Of a stretch of 64,000 nt of DNA, positions 9,746-20,018 are shown one piece after another. The stretch is from a virus. Both the position numbers and the translations under genes were made by a program. Location: positions 32,001 to 96,000 of IMG/VR virus record IMGVR_UViG_3300018432_000013; one strand, written 5' to 3'. Positions within the stretch are counted from its first letter, which is position 1. Every line of letters starts with the position of its first letter. A model generated the notes under the pieces. The model had not been told where the DNA came from, made no database searches, and saw nothing but the letters and a program-made list of their open reading frames with translations.

Positions 9746-12679
9746 TTATGCGGCCCACGCACGTGCGTGCTGCAAACCAAGAGCAGGCGCGCCGACCTTG
9801 GCAAAGGTCGCGGCATTGCCCGTGCGATCGGTGATGGTGCCAGGCACGTCATTGCCGGCAGCACGCGCGTCGAGGTCGAAGTCGAACAGCATTCCAGGCA
9901 GCCCCGGAACCGGCATGATCCGTTCGCTCGCCATGACGGCATCCCACTGTGCCTGGTACTGCGCGAGCGACGCCACGCCGAGCGCGTACGTGAAGCCGTA
10001 GATCTCCCAACCCTCCGCAGCCAGTAGCGCGGTGTGATTGACGCGGCCCAGCATCGGGGCGCCCGTCGTCGCAGCAGCAAAGCCGCCCGTGAGAGTGACT
10101 GCTGTTCCGACGTCGAGGCGCTTGGCACGCAGACGCGCAGCCGAGCCGTCATAGGTTCCCTGCAGAAGATGGATCTTGCCGACGTCGCTTGCGCTCATCA
10201 CAGCGGACGATGAGTTGACTGCAGTCGAGCCATTCCCGACGCCTAACACTACCGTGCTGTTCAGGCCGACCGACGCGAACGACCAGCCATGCGTAGTGTT
10301 GGCGCGCTGTCCGAGCAGACCACGCGTCGCAGACGTGACGGACTGCGAGACCAGGCGCGCGAGGATCGACACCGTGAAGCCTGCAGGGTCACCAGGCAGC
10401 GCGTTGACTGCTGCGGCGAAGTAGCTCGCAAGCGTCCACGTGTTGCCGCCGTACAAGATCGGGCTCGTCTCGTAGCTCCACACGCGCTCGACGCGCTGCG
10501 CGACAGTCAGGCCCGTCCCTACGCGTGCGAGATGGTCGGTGCCGATGCGATCGAGCACCGTTGCAGGCACGCCGTTGTCGGGGCCGCCGTTGGCGATAGT
10601 GTCTGCAGTCAGGTCGTGAACGCGGTCGGTCTTGCCGGCGATCGCCAGCATCCGATAACCGGCTGTGACAATCGCGGCTGTGTGCTGCTGAATGTCCGCC
10701 AGCGAGAGCGAGGCGTTGCCGAAACCAAAGCCGCGCGCATCCCAGTCCTGCGCAACGATAGTGAGATTGTTGCTTGCACCGAAGCTCAAGGCGACCGTGG
10801 CGGGCGTGAAAGTTACGGCAACGGGCGCTCCCGTGCTCACCCCGTTTAGATAGAACTCAAGGAACCCCGCCTCATAGCGCATGTGCAGAATCAGGGGCTG
10901 TCCAACGTTGCCGGCCGTCAGATTCGGGATCGCAGCCGTCACGCTGTTGTTGACGGTCGCCTGCAGCTGTATGCCGGCCGTGGCGAACACGCGGAACTTG
11001 TTAGCCGCTTCGAAGAGGCAGCGATACAGCGGCGAGGATGCGATGGACCACGGCGTGCCAATGAATGAGCACCACCATGTCGCACCGATGCTGATCGAGC
11101 CGAGTAGATAGTGCGCAGCGCTAAACCCCTGCACCCCGTACGTCTTGCGCCCGTCAACACTCGGATCGATCACGCGCACCGTTGGCGTGCCGACCTTGCT
11201 CATGACGTCTGCAGCAGCGCCCGTGATGTTGTCGGCAAGTGCTGTTGGCGCGACTGGCCCCGTTGCAACAACAACCGCTACTTCAAGCGTCCCTGTGCGC
11301 GTAAGATGATCGGTGCCGATGCGATCAAGCACGGTGGAAGGCATAGCCAAGCCGTTTGACTCGATGTCTGCCGACAGATCATAAATGTGCTGCGTTTTAT
11401 TCGGGATGGGCTGGATGCGCCCACTCGCGAGGATCGCCAACGCGTTGTCCGCGATTTCTACAGCCGTAGGGACAAAGTGTCCGCCAGCCGCACCGAATGC
11501 AGACGCAGCCGACGCTGGGTTATCAAGCTGCGACCGAACACCGATAAACGTGCTCGTGGCCATTGGTGTGAAGCCGGTAATGTTGGTGCCAGTTCCAACT
11601 TCGACACCATTGAAGTAGAGCCGTACTTTGCTCCCGTCGTGCACGCCGTGGATCACGCAGGGAATACCGAAATCACCGGACGACCAAGTACGAGCGGGCG
11701 CATTGGTCCCGACTGACGCGCCGTCCACAGCCGAAAAGAGAACCACGCCTCCTACGGAGAGTATCTGCCACCCGGCACCGAAGTAACCCCTACAGAACAG
11801 CGCCCCTGTGGTGGTGGCGTAGACGATTCCATACCAGACCACGTGGAAGCCAGCCACGATGCCGGCTATGCCGCCAAGGTTGGCAGTCGCGAGGTAGTTC
11901 GCCGTTGAAAAGCCACGCGCCCCGTACGTCTTACGCCCCGCCGGATTGTGGACACCAGCAAGCGCACGCTTTGCGGACCAGTGATGCGTCACCGTCGCGC
12001 CGGCGATCGTGTCGGGAAGATCACCGAGAGTGCGGGTGGCCATCGCGAGCGCGGCGATGTCTGCGTCGCTTGGCGTGCCGCGAAACGTCAAAGTACCAAG
12101 CAGGCTCCCGCCTAAGAACGGGCCGGCGCCGCTCGCGCCAGCCCCCGAAGTCATCACGGACGAGAACGGTGTATAGCCAACGCAGGCGTTCGTGGAGAAC
12201 AGATGCGGCCCGAAATAGAACTTGAGCAGATTGCCCGCGCCGGTATGCAAGGCGGTGAACAGCAGCACCTGGCCGACTTGACTCGGCGCGACGGTGTACT
12301 GTGTGGACAGGGCCGCTAGAGCGGCGTTGATAAAGTAACACTCCAGCCTGTTGATCGTGTCGAGCTGCGCCAAGTAGCCCCCGCCACCGACGCCGGACGC
12401 GCCCCAACGGCCAAGCAGGCGCCGGAAGCTCGCCACGAGACTCTCTAAGCGCGTCGCTATGACGTAGCCAAAGCCCGTCGCCACCCCCGCCTCGCCACCC
12501 AGATTCTGCGTCGTGTAGTAGTTGGCGGCGCTGAAGTCGGACAGCGCGTACATCCATGCACTACGCAGTGCATTGGCCTTGCGCTGCGCAAGCGTGAGAG
12601 AACCGCCACCCCCGCGCGAGCCCGGATACCGACGCTCGCTACCCGGAAACCGTCGGTGCAATGCACGCTGCGAACTCAC
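9746..12679 (-). CDS. Large tandem LamG/concanavalin A-like domain protein (head fibre or decoration)
   Basis: About four beta-rich repeats containing H..G.(H/Y)DG...RLY.NG; internal repeats TVLDRIGTDHL and GRKTYG..GFS; Gly/Ala/Thr-rich. Confidence 0.7.
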   Translation of the reverse strand: MSSQRALHRRFPGSERRYPGSRGGGGSLTLAQRKANALRSAWMYALSDFSAANYYTTQNLGGEAGVATGFGYVIATRLESLVASFRRLLGRWGASGVGGGGYLAQLDTINRLECYFINAALAALSTQYTVAPSQVGQVLLFTALHTGAGNLLKFYFGPHLFSTNACVGYTPFSSVMTSGAGASGAGPFLGGSLLGTLTFRGTPSDADIAALAMATRTLGDLPDTIAGATVTHHWSAKRALAGVHNPAGRKTYGARGFSTANYLATANLGGIAGIVAGFHVVWYGIVYATTTGALFCRGYFGAGWQILSVGGVVLFSAVDGASVGTNAPARTWSSGDFGIPCVIHGVHDGSKVRLYFNGVEVGTGTNITGFTPMATSTFIGVRSQLDNPASAASAFGAAGGHFVPTAVEIADNALAILASGRIQPIPNKTQHIYDLSADIESNGLAMPSTVLDRIGTDHLTRTGTLEVAVVVATGPVAPTALADNITGAAADVMSKVGTPTVRVIDPSVDGRKTYGVQGFSAAHYLLGSISIGATWWCSFIGTPWSIASSPLYRCLFEAANKFRVFATAGIQLQATVNNSVTAAIPNLTAGNVGQPLILHMRYEAGFLEFYLNGVSTGAPVAVTFTPATVALSFGASNNLTIVAQDWDARGFGFGNASLSLADIQQHTAAIVTAGYRMLAIAGKTDRVHDLTADTIANGGPDNGVPATVLDRIGTDHLARVGTGLTVAQRVERVWSYETSPILYGGNTWTLASYFAAAVNALPGDPAGFTVSILARLVSQSVTSATRGLLGQRANTTHGWSFASVGLNSTVVLGVGNGSTAVNSSSAVMSASDVGKIHLLQGTYDGSAARLRAKRLDVGTAVTLTGGFAAATTGAPMLGRVNHTALLAAEGWEIYGFTYALGVASLAQYQAQWDAVMASERIMPVPGLPGMLFDFDLDARAAGNDVPGTITDRTGNAATFAKVGAPALGLQHARAWAA

Positions 12680-12686
12680 TCAAACC

Positions 12687-13079
12687 TCACTCGTTCTGCG
12701 TCATGTCACTCAGGTGCCCGTAGAACTCCGCCGAGGCGGTGTCGGCCTCGATGGAAAAGTGCGTCCACTTCCTACGGATGTAGCGATCGATCGACTCGCC
12801 AGCCTCGATGGGGAACGCGATGGTCGCGGCCGTGGTCCACGCGGGTGGCGTGCCCGTCACGCGCGCTGCGCGATCCGCTTCAATCGAAGCGGACGTTCCG
12901 AACAGGAGCCAGATCGTGCCGCCGCGCGCCTTGAACAGCACGCGCCGCATCTTCCACGCAGTCGGCACGACGAAGACCCTGTGAGTCAGGTCCGGCAGCG
13001 TGTAGGCGAAGTTCAGCTGTCCCGTTTCGAGCGCGGGAAAGCGCATCGCCGACTCGATGATGTGTGACAGCCAGGTCAT
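12687..13079 (-). CDS. Hypothetical virion protein
   Basis: 130 aa ORF in the head module. Confidence 0.6.
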   Translation of the reverse strand: MTWLSHIIESAMRFPALETGQLNFAYTLPDLTHRVFVVPTAWKMRRVLFKARGGTIWLLFGTSASIEADRAARVTGTPPAWTTAATIAFPIEAGESIDRYIRRKWTHFSIEADTASAEFYGHLSDMTQNE

Positions 13080-13195
13080 CGCTCAGGCCCCCAACGAGCA
13101 AAAGAAGAGGGCGTGGCATGCGCTGTCCGTAGTCCCCCGACCGAACGACCCTGCACACCACGCCCCGCGAGAAGCGCCCCCCGACGCAGCCTCGC

Positions 13196-13513
13196 TCAGC
13201 AGCTGACGACAAGCACCGTGAACGTCGTCGCAGAGAGGTCCGTCGCAGCAGCGACCTCCGTGCCAGCGGCGACGCTGACCTTGAGCTTGTCGGTCGCACG
13301 GTCGTAGTAGACGCGGTGCGTTGCGGGATCGAGCCCGATCACCGCGATGATGTCGAGCGAGCCGCGCCCGACGGCCTGCCGCACGAAGGCGCGGAAGTTC
13401 GCCGTGCCGCCCGCCGCGTACGCGTTGTCCCCTGCGAATCGCAGGAGGTCCATCATACCGGGCCGGCTATCGTGGCTGAAGCGGCCCTGAACTGTTGCTG
13501 CACCAAGCGCCAT
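13196..13513 (-). CDS. Putative capsid decoration protein
   Basis: 105 aa directly after the capsid gene; GD..Y.AGG...YD...KLKV...EVAA.TDLS pattern. Confidence 0.55.
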   Translation of the reverse strand: MALGAATVQGRFSHDSRPGMMDLLRFAGDNAYAAGGTANFRAFVRQAVGRGSLDIIAVIGLDPATHRVYYDRATDKLKVSVAAGTEVAAATDLSATTFTVLVVSC

Positions 13514-13559
13514 GGTCAGATCTCCCCAATCGTCAGGATAAAGGTCTGTGGCTCGCCGA

Positions 13560-14513
13560 TCAGGCGACGCGCACGTTCGTCGCCTTCACGACCGCGGGCT
13601 CGTAGGCGTACTTGGTGTCCATCCGCAGGGTGGCCACGATCTTGAGGATGCCCGCCGAGATATCCTTGTCGGTCTCGATGCGGATCTGACGCCAGATGCC
13701 GACGTTGATGTTCTTCGGGTCGAGCAGGAGCACGACCGAGGAGTTCGCGCCGCCGCCGAGGTTCTCAGGGAACATCGGCACCGACTGAATCGGGATGCCC
13801 GAGTAGACGACCGGCGCGTTGCCGGTGAGCTGCTCGGCTGAGATGGGCGCCATGTTCAGGCCGACCAAGCTGTCGCGGTAGTCGATCTCCGCATCGATGC
13901 TCGTGAGGTACACGAGGTCGTTTCTGCGACGCAGGTACTCGGTCGGCATGGCCTTGACCATGTCGCGGAAGATGTTCTTCGTGAGGGTCACCGTGCCGGC
14001 GTTGACGACGTTCGAGCTTGCGCCCTTCACGATGCCGTCGAACTGCGCGAGGAAGGTGTCGGTCGACGTGACGTCGCCGTTGATGACCACTTCGTCGATG
14101 TCGCGCGAGATTGCCTCGGCCATCAGCGTCATGATCGTGTTCTTGAGCGCGCCGCGCTCGATGGAGTCCTCGAGCACTTCGTTGTCGAGGTCGACCTCTG
14201 CCTTGAACAGCTTGGCGTCGAGCTCGAGTTTGCCGAGGTTCGGCTTGGCACGGTCAGCCGCGGGAAGCGCGGTGGCTTCCTGGCCCGCGCGCAAGACACG
14301 GCCGGCGAAACGAATCGTCTCGACGATGTGCTTGGGGGCCTTCATGGGGATGACCGTGGCGATCTTCAGGATCACCGCCTCCTTGATCAGGAGTCGGATG
14401 AACTTCTGCGCCTGTGCCGGCTGCAGCAGACCTCCGTCTGTCATCAGATCCGCCAGGGCGAGGTCGGCCTTGGCGAGCAGCGTCCGGTTGGACATCCCTT
14501 CGAACATGCTCAT
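13560..14513 (-). CDS. Major capsid protein (PBSX XkdG-like, HK97 fold)
   Basis: DL...GGLLQPAQAQKFI, EVLEDSIE, INGD, P.NI.VGIWRQIRIE; strong SD. Confidence 0.9.
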   Translation of the reverse strand: MSMFEGMSNRTLLAKADLALADLMTDGGLLQPAQAQKFIRLLIKEAVILKIATVIPMKAPKHIVETIRFAGRVLRAGQEATALPAADRAKPNLGKLELDAKLFKAEVDLDNEVLEDSIERGALKNTIMTLMAEAISRDIDEVVINGDVTSTDTFLAQFDGIVKGASSNVVNAGTVTLTKNIFRDMVKAMPTEYLRRRNDLVYLTSIDAEIDYRDSLVGLNMAPISAEQLTGNAPVVYSGIPIQSVPMFPENLGGGANSSVVLLLDPKNINVGIWRQIRIETDKDISAGILKIVATLRMDTKYAYEPAVVKATNVRVA

Positions 14514-14526
14514 CTGTGTCTTCCTT

Positions 14527-15564
14527 TCAGCCGTTCGCCGAGGCGCGGTCGAAGTCGTATTCGGTGTCAGAGAGGTACTTGGCGTTCATGTCAGCTGGCC
14601 AAGTCACGCGACCCGACTCGCGTTGCTTGTTCAGTTCGACCGAGAGGCGGTTGCTTTGAAGAGGCTCTTCTTCGAGCTGCTGGACGCGCTTCTTCAGCGC
14701 CTGCACCTGCGAGCGGTAGGCCTTGAGCACGCGCTCAGCGATGCTCACAAGCTTCACCGCGCCCTCCGCGTCGAAGCTCTTCTGCTGCGGCACGGGCTCA
14801 CTCTTTTCGCTGACCTCGAAGGCCTTGCCGATACCGGCGACGAGCGTCCGGTAGGCTTTTGCCTCGTCGTCCGACTTCGTGAGGGCGGCTTGCGCCGTCT
14901 CGAACTGGCTCAGCTGCACGAGCGCGTACAGCACATCGCTGATGCGCCAGCGCAGCTCTTCCGGAGGCGGCGTGTCCGTCGTGTCGACCGCGAGCGACTC
15001 GGCGACCTCGTTGAGCTTCTCACTCGCCGTCTTCAGGGCCTTCTTGAGGTCCTTGGTGGCGACCTTGCAGACACCGTCCACCCAGCCCGGAGCGGTCTGC
15101 TCCGCGGGCGCTTGGACGACGGTGCCGAGCTTACTGACCGCACTCGCGAGCGCGAGCTCGACCCCGGGAGGATCGATCTCAGACAACTCGTCTGGGGAAA
15201 CGCTCTGTGCGAGCGCAGTCAGCTCTTCGATCGCCTTAACGATCCCCGCGTACGTGGCCTTGGCCATCTTCGCGGGCGCAGGGGGCTCAGCTGCAGGGGG
15301 CGGTTCGGCCGCGCCTGGCTCACTGCCTGGCTCACTGCCTGGGCATGACGCCTTTGGGTCTGCGTTGCCCGGGGATGTTGCCTGAGACGCCTCGGTCTTC
15401 TCCGTCTTGAAGCCGCCTTTGCCGTCCTCGCGCAGCTCGTGCCCGCTCTGGTCGTCACGCTTCACGAGCAGCCAAACACGCTGATTTGCGCCGCGATCTA
15501 CGACCGAGACCTCCTTCGTGAGGATGTCCGTCAGGCGGTAAATCTTGGCTTGGGTATCAGGCAT
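14527..15564 (-). CDS. Capsid scaffold-like protein with XkdF-type N-terminal EVSVVDRGAN segment
   Basis: N-terminal LTDILTKEVSVVDRGAN..WLLVK, then Pro/Ala/Glu-rich and coiled-coil regions; precedes the capsid gene. Confidence 0.65.
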   Translation of the reverse strand: MPDTQAKIYRLTDILTKEVSVVDRGANQRVWLLVKRDDQSGHELREDGKGGFKTEKTEASQATSPGNADPKASCPGSEPGSEPGAAEPPPAAEPPAPAKMAKATYAGIVKAIEELTALAQSVSPDELSEIDPPGVELALASAVSKLGTVVQAPAEQTAPGWVDGVCKVATKDLKKALKTASEKLNEVAESLAVDTTDTPPPEELRWRISDVLYALVQLSQFETAQAALTKSDDEAKAYRTLVAGIGKAFEVSEKSEPVPQQKSFDAEGAVKLVSIAERVLKAYRSQVQALKKRVQQLEEEPLQSNRLSVELNKQRESGRVTWPADMNAKYLSDTEYDFDRASANG

Positions 15565-15617
15565 GATCCGCTCCGGAGGGTATCAACGATTTTCCGTGCC
15601 GCGCAACACCTTAGCCT

Positions 15618-17594
15618 TTACGCGGCTGTATCTTCTGCGGTACGGATGGCCGATCCACCGATCGAGAAGCCGGTAAAGACCCCCGCCTTGACCGCGCCCC
15701 AGAGCTCGTCGGACTCAACCAGGACACCCATCAACCAGGTGCCCTTCTTGACTGCCTGACCGCCTATTTCGCAGTCCACAGGCGCGACGTAGGACTCCAC
15801 GATGCGGACAGAGTCATTGATCAGCGTCTGGTGCATCAGGCCGGTGTTTTGGTAAAACGCCATGAAGCGATAGGCGCTCTTACGGATTTCTTCCGCTGAA
15901 TAGATATCGCCCTGCGAGTCGACGGTTTCAGGCTCGAGAACGACGCCGAGCACGAAGCGCTCGTCCTCATCAGCGGTGCCCTTGAGCACATGCACTTCGC
16001 GCTTGTTGATCTCCGCGGCCGAGCCTTCTTCGATCACAGGCACGATGGTGTCGATGTATTCGACCTCGACCTCACCCGGCACCGGGTGCGACGCGACGAA
16101 GATCTTGTGGGCAAGCCCCGGCAATGTGAACGGCCGACCGAGCTGCTCAAGAAGCTTGCGCGCTTCGGTGGAGTCCGCACCGCCGACCAGAAACTTCTCG
16201 GTTCGGCTGACCAGCTGCGGGAGCTGCTCTGGAATGGGCTCTTCGAAGAAGGCGAGCGCGAGCTCCTCGGTCATCACGCCTTCACCGCGCCCGAACTCGA
16301 CTGCGCGCACGAACGCATCCGGCGTCTCTGCGAACGCTCTGTAGAGCGCTGCCTCAAGGCGCGCTTCAGGCATCAGCTCTGCGAACACATCGGGCGAGGC
16401 AGGAAAGGGCTCGGCGACGTAGTGCTTCACGAACGTGCGGCGCGGGACCTCGTTCACGAGCCGCACCGTGTCATCGGTGAAGAGCTGCGCCTGCACGAGC
16501 TGATCGCGAATCTCGCGCGGGTCCTGTCCGCAAGCAGACTTCCAGTACCTGAGTTCAGGCGGAACATCCCACTCAAGGGATGGAGGGAGCGCACTCTCGC
16601 CCTCCGGAGGCATGTACCCGCTCTGCACCGCATTCTCGGTCAGCACGTACGGCAGGAGACTCTTGCGCAACATCACGCTGCTCTTGCCCACGACGAGCAC
16701 GCCGCGCAGGGCGCCTGACACGAAGAGCTCCGTGAACGCATCCGTGCGCGCGCCGCGCGTGAAGCCAAACTTCCCGATCGACGCGCGCTCGGACACCTTC
16801 GCAAGACCCACGTACGGCGCCTCGCGCGGCTCGAGAAACGCGACGTGCAGCGCTGAACCAGCCGGCGTGAAGCGCGCTGCGGCCTTCTCCATGTCGACCC
16901 GCGACACCGCACCTGGCACGAACAGCTCGACGTTCTCTCCGAGCTTGATGACGATGCCGTCCGGCCGCTGAAAGAGCTCTCCCTCCTGCACGACCAAGCG
17001 CGGATCACTACGCACCTTGATGGCCTCGGCGTAGAGCGCCTGCTCGTCGTTCTTGATCGGCATGTCGCGCCTCTCAAGCTCCTCGTGAACGAGCGCGGCG
17101 GCCTCGACGATGCGCTCACGGGAAATGCCCGTCACGCTCATCACCTGCATGTTCTTGGCGAAGTTCACCTCGAACAGATGCGCGAGCCGGCGATTGAGGT
17201 GAATGAGCGCAGTCGTGTCGCTCTTGCGAACATCGGCGCGGGTGACGCCGTCGACGATCTGCTTTTGGAGTGCGTGGATACGCTCCTCTGCGTCGCAGAG
17301 CTCCTGCCAGGCGTCGACACGCGTCGACTTACGCAACGGATGCTCTGCAGGCAGCAAGTCCACGTCTGGGGTAGTGCCCTGATCATCGAGCGCCTTGAGA
17401 AACTGCTCGACGCGCGTGACCATCCACGGCTTCGGGTCCGCGCCTGGATAGGCAGCAGACTTCCAGTCCGCCAGCGCCCGCTCTGCGACCTTCCGCAAGC
17501 CAAGCACCGAGACCCGAAACTTCGGGTCCTTGGTCTGATGCAGGTCAGCGTAGTACTTGCTGACCTGCAGCGTCAGCGTCTCGGGTTTGGCCAC
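15618..17594 (-). CDS. XkdF-like prohead serine protease with large N-terminal extension
   Basis: C-terminal VLGVVLEPETVDSQGD..SAEEI...HQ...VESY.AP...KKGTW...W..VK.G.FTGFSIGG. Confidence 0.85.
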   Translation of the reverse strand: MAKPETLTLQVSKYYADLHQTKDPKFRVSVLGLRKVAERALADWKSAAYPGADPKPWMVTRVEQFLKALDDQGTTPDVDLLPAEHPLRKSTRVDAWQELCDAEERIHALQKQIVDGVTRADVRKSDTTALIHLNRRLAHLFEVNFAKNMQVMSVTGISRERIVEAAALVHEELERRDMPIKNDEQALYAEAIKVRSDPRLVVQEGELFQRPDGIVIKLGENVELFVPGAVSRVDMEKAAARFTPAGSALHVAFLEPREAPYVGLAKVSERASIGKFGFTRGARTDAFTELFVSGALRGVLVVGKSSVMLRKSLLPYVLTENAVQSGYMPPEGESALPPSLEWDVPPELRYWKSACGQDPREIRDQLVQAQLFTDDTVRLVNEVPRRTFVKHYVAEPFPASPDVFAELMPEARLEAALYRAFAETPDAFVRAVEFGRGEGVMTEELALAFFEEPIPEQLPQLVSRTEKFLVGGADSTEARKLLEQLGRPFTLPGLAHKIFVASHPVPGEVEVEYIDTIVPVIEEGSAAEINKREVHVLKGTADEDERFVLGVVLEPETVDSQGDIYSAEEIRKSAYRFMAFYQNTGLMHQTLINDSVRIVESYVAPVDCEIGGQAVKKGTWLMGVLVESDELWGAVKAGVFTGFSIGGSAIRTAEDTAA

Positions 17595-17621
17595 CAGCGC
17601 ACCTCCAGAAGAGCCGAAGGC

Positions 17622-18209
17622 TCAGCGCGGGTCAGAGCCCCACTGATAGTCCGTGTCCTTGTCGGCGCGCGAAGGCTTGATGCACTTGGCGAGGTCCGTC
17701 GGCCATTCCGGCACCGCAGCATCTCCACCTTCCGCACCCGCCTCCGCGCCGGCTGCCGCTGTGCTGCTGGCGGCCGCGCCGGGCTTGTCCTGCGGACGAT
17801 TGGAGCCGAGCTCCTTGATCATCTGCTCGAGGTAGTTACCGAACGAGGCGCTCTTGGCCGTCCAGTTCGTCTTGCCGTCGGCTTGCTGGTACGTGGGCGA
17901 CACCTCGGTCTCGGTGGTGTCAAGCTGCTCCTCGTCCTTGTAGATCACGACGTTCGGGAGCTCGCCGGGCTTGAACTCGAACTTCGTGATCTTGTCGACC
18001 TCTGCCTTGAGCGCGCCGAGGCGCTTTTTGGCAACCTCAGGCTTTTTGGCCGCTGCGTCCTTGCGGGCCTTTTCGACCTGCTCCTTGGCGTAGACGCCGA
18101 ACTCCTTCGCCGTCATCTTCTTCTCGGCGGGCTCGGCCGCGGGCTGCTCGGTAGCAGCTTCCTCGCTCAGGCACGCATCGAGTTCCTTCGAGAGCTTGTC
18201 GAAATCCAT
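17622..18209 (-). CDS. Hypothetical Lys/Glu/Ala-rich protein
   Basis: SD AAGGAG before ATG 18209; C-terminal WP.DL motif similar to that of the scaffold gene. Confidence 0.65.
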   Translation of the reverse strand: MDFDKLSKELDACLSEEAATEQPAAEPAEKKMTAKEFGVYAKEQVEKARKDAAAKKPEVAKKRLGALKAEVDKITKFEFKPGELPNVVIYKDEEQLDTTETEVSPTYQQADGKTNWTAKSASFGNYLEQMIKELGSNRPQDKPGAAASSTAAAGAEAGAEGGDAAVPEWPTDLAKCIKPSRADKDTDYQWGSDPR

Positions 18210-18223
18210 AGAGGTCTCCTTCG

Positions 18224-18556
18224 TCAGGTCGGCAGCCAAATCAGATCGCGCCCGTTGTCAGCGCACCAGGTATCCTTGCCCTCGCGCGACGGCGCGTACG
18301 GAATGCCGTCGAGCTCGCAGCGAAGCGCTTTCGGAAGCTCGTCGAGCGCGCGCTGCACGGCCCAACCCACCTCATTGCGCAACACGAGCAGCCACTTCGA
18401 CGCGATCTGCGTGCGCCGCTTGAACTCGTCGCGCGTCATGGTGGAGCCGTCCGCGAGGAACGACCCACCAACCACCTCAGCCAAAGACTCGACGACCTCG
18501 CGGAGCTTCTGAGGCTCCTCGCGAAACGCGAGATACAGGTGCGTGAGCGTATCCAC
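18224..18556 (-). CDS. Hypothetical protein
   Basis: GTG start after a purine-rich SD, with TGATACCAT upstream. Confidence 0.55.
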   Translation of the reverse strand: MDTLTHLYLAFREEPQKLREVVESLAEVVGGSFLADGSTMTRDEFKRRTQIASKWLLVLRNEVGWAVQRALDELPKALRCELDGIPYAPSREGKDTWCADNGRDLIWLPT

Positions 18557-18642
18557 CGTTCTCTTCCCCCAAAGAGATAGGCCAACTGGCCTGGATGGTA
18601 TCAGGGATGATCCGCGTCGCAAAAGCTATCCGTGTGTCCCCG

Positions 18643-19695
18643 TCACACGTTGGCCACGGGGGTGCAGCGACAGCGCCCATGAATGGGCGGGATACACGCC
18701 CCTACAGCCTCAAGCTTCTCGGTCGTGTACGTGGTCCGGTATTCGCCGACGTCGTCTCGCTCCCCGACTCCCGAACGCAGCACGGTCGCGATCTCGCGCC
18801 GATGCCCGAACGCCTTCGTATAGAGCACTTTTTCGCCGAACTCGTTGCGCCCCACCCGGATCCACGGCGCCGCCTCTTTGCTGCTGTCGAGGTTTCCGGC
18901 CATGCGCTCGAACACCCCGAGCGCGCCCGCAGTCGTGAAGGTCTGCCCGTGCAAGAACCTGCAGACGTCGCAAGTGACCTCGTCGAGCACAGCGTCGTAT
19001 GTCCAGGTTGGGATCTCCGCGTCCCGGAACGCCGTCATCTGTCCATACGTGCGGGCGTAGCCGACGAAAGCCCCCGCCACGATGTCGAGGTAGTTCGCCT
19101 GGCGAGCGAGCACGACCTCTGGTGAGAGCAGGGCTTCGAGCTGGCGTACGAGGTACTTACGCGTCCAGCCCTCCGCGAGCGCCTGCCCGACAAGCGCGCG
19201 CATCTCCTGGTTGAGCGCGGTGTTGCGCGCCTGCATGGCGGCCGCCACGTAGAAGGCCTGCCCGTCTGCGAGGTGCTGCACCACCGCATCGTTGACGAGG
19301 TCGAGCTCGGGCAGCGCAACATCCTTGAGCGCGCGCAGACGCGCAAGCGCGACGAGCGCCTCTGCCTCCTCCGCGAATACGGGCGCCGTGACCTTGGCGT
19401 AAAGGGCAGGGCGGGGCAGGGCGAGCTCTGCGCGCTGCAGAAAGTCCTCGCGCTCCGCCGCCGTGAGATCCTGAAAGTCCACGCCGAGCGCGCGCAGCAC
19501 CCGCGCTGCAAACGACTCGTCAAGCTTCTCGGTCGCCGCCATGAGCTCGCGCTGAATCCGCGCAACGATCCGATCGAAGCCCCTTCGCTTAGTTGGGTCG
19601 TCCGCCTTCTCGAGCACCTCGTACCCGAGCGAGAACAAGATCTCGTCCGTTGCGCGCAGCCCGCGAATCAGCGCGTGATCGTCGCAGCAGCTCAC
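18643..19695 (-). CDS. Head morphogenesis protein (SPP1 gp7 / Mu gpF family)
   Basis: YDAVLDEVTCDVCRFLHG and PPIHGRCRCT signature. Confidence 0.85.
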   Translation of the reverse strand: MSCCDDHALIRGLRATDEILFSLGYEVLEKADDPTKRRGFDRIVARIQRELMAATEKLDESFAARVLRALGVDFQDLTAAEREDFLQRAELALPRPALYAKVTAPVFAEEAEALVALARLRALKDVALPELDLVNDAVVQHLADGQAFYVAAAMQARNTALNQEMRALVGQALAEGWTRKYLVRQLEALLSPEVVLARQANYLDIVAGAFVGYARTYGQMTAFRDAEIPTWTYDAVLDEVTCDVCRFLHGQTFTTAGALGVFERMAGNLDSSKEAAPWIRVGRNEFGEKVLYTKAFGHRREIATVLRSGVGERDDVGEYRTTYTTEKLEAVGACIPPIHGRCRCTPVANV

Positions 19696-20018
19696 TGGAA
19701 ATCTACCTCGACCTCTGCGTGCGCTTGCGATGAATCAATGACGCTGAGCCAGTGGCGAATGCGCACCTCGAGTGCGAAGCGGGCGTAGGGCCCAATCATC
19801 CATCGCCAGCGCTGGTACCAATCCAGCTTCACCACCACGTGAAGACGCGGCCAACCGCCGCCCTCGCCAAACACCAGTGTTCCGTCAATGCAGACGTTGC
19901 GATAGCCCAAGCTGTGCGCGGCAAGCACCGCGGCATCGATCACGCGCTGCTTTTCAATGCGACGGTCGTGGCAGCGAACCTCGACCTCCACATGATAGGG
20001 CGAAGACGCCGCCGTCAC
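19692..20018 (-). CDS. Hypothetical protein
   Basis: 108 aa, overlaps both neighbours by 4 nt. Confidence 0.5.
   Translation of the reverse strand: MTAASSPYHVEVEVRCHDRRIEKQRVIDAAVLAAHSLGYRNVCIDGTLVFGEGGGWPRLHVVVKLDWYQRWRWMIGPYARFALEVRIRHWLSVIDSSQAHAEVEVDFQ

Noticed and set aside
13100-13170. Terminator after the capsid/decoration genes
   Set aside because: The GGGCGTGG/CCACGCCC stem encloses about 40 nt and the U-tract is interrupted; plausible but too weak to call
15564-15620. Stop read-through fusing protease and scaffold
   Set aside because: The ORFs are out of frame across a 53-nt gap, no obvious slippery site is present, and the scaffold has its own promoter-like element and SD
13897-18512. 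Long plus-strand ORFs (483, 475 aa) and similar ones elsewhere
   Set aside because: Antisense shadows of high-GC genes that have clear motifs on the minus strand
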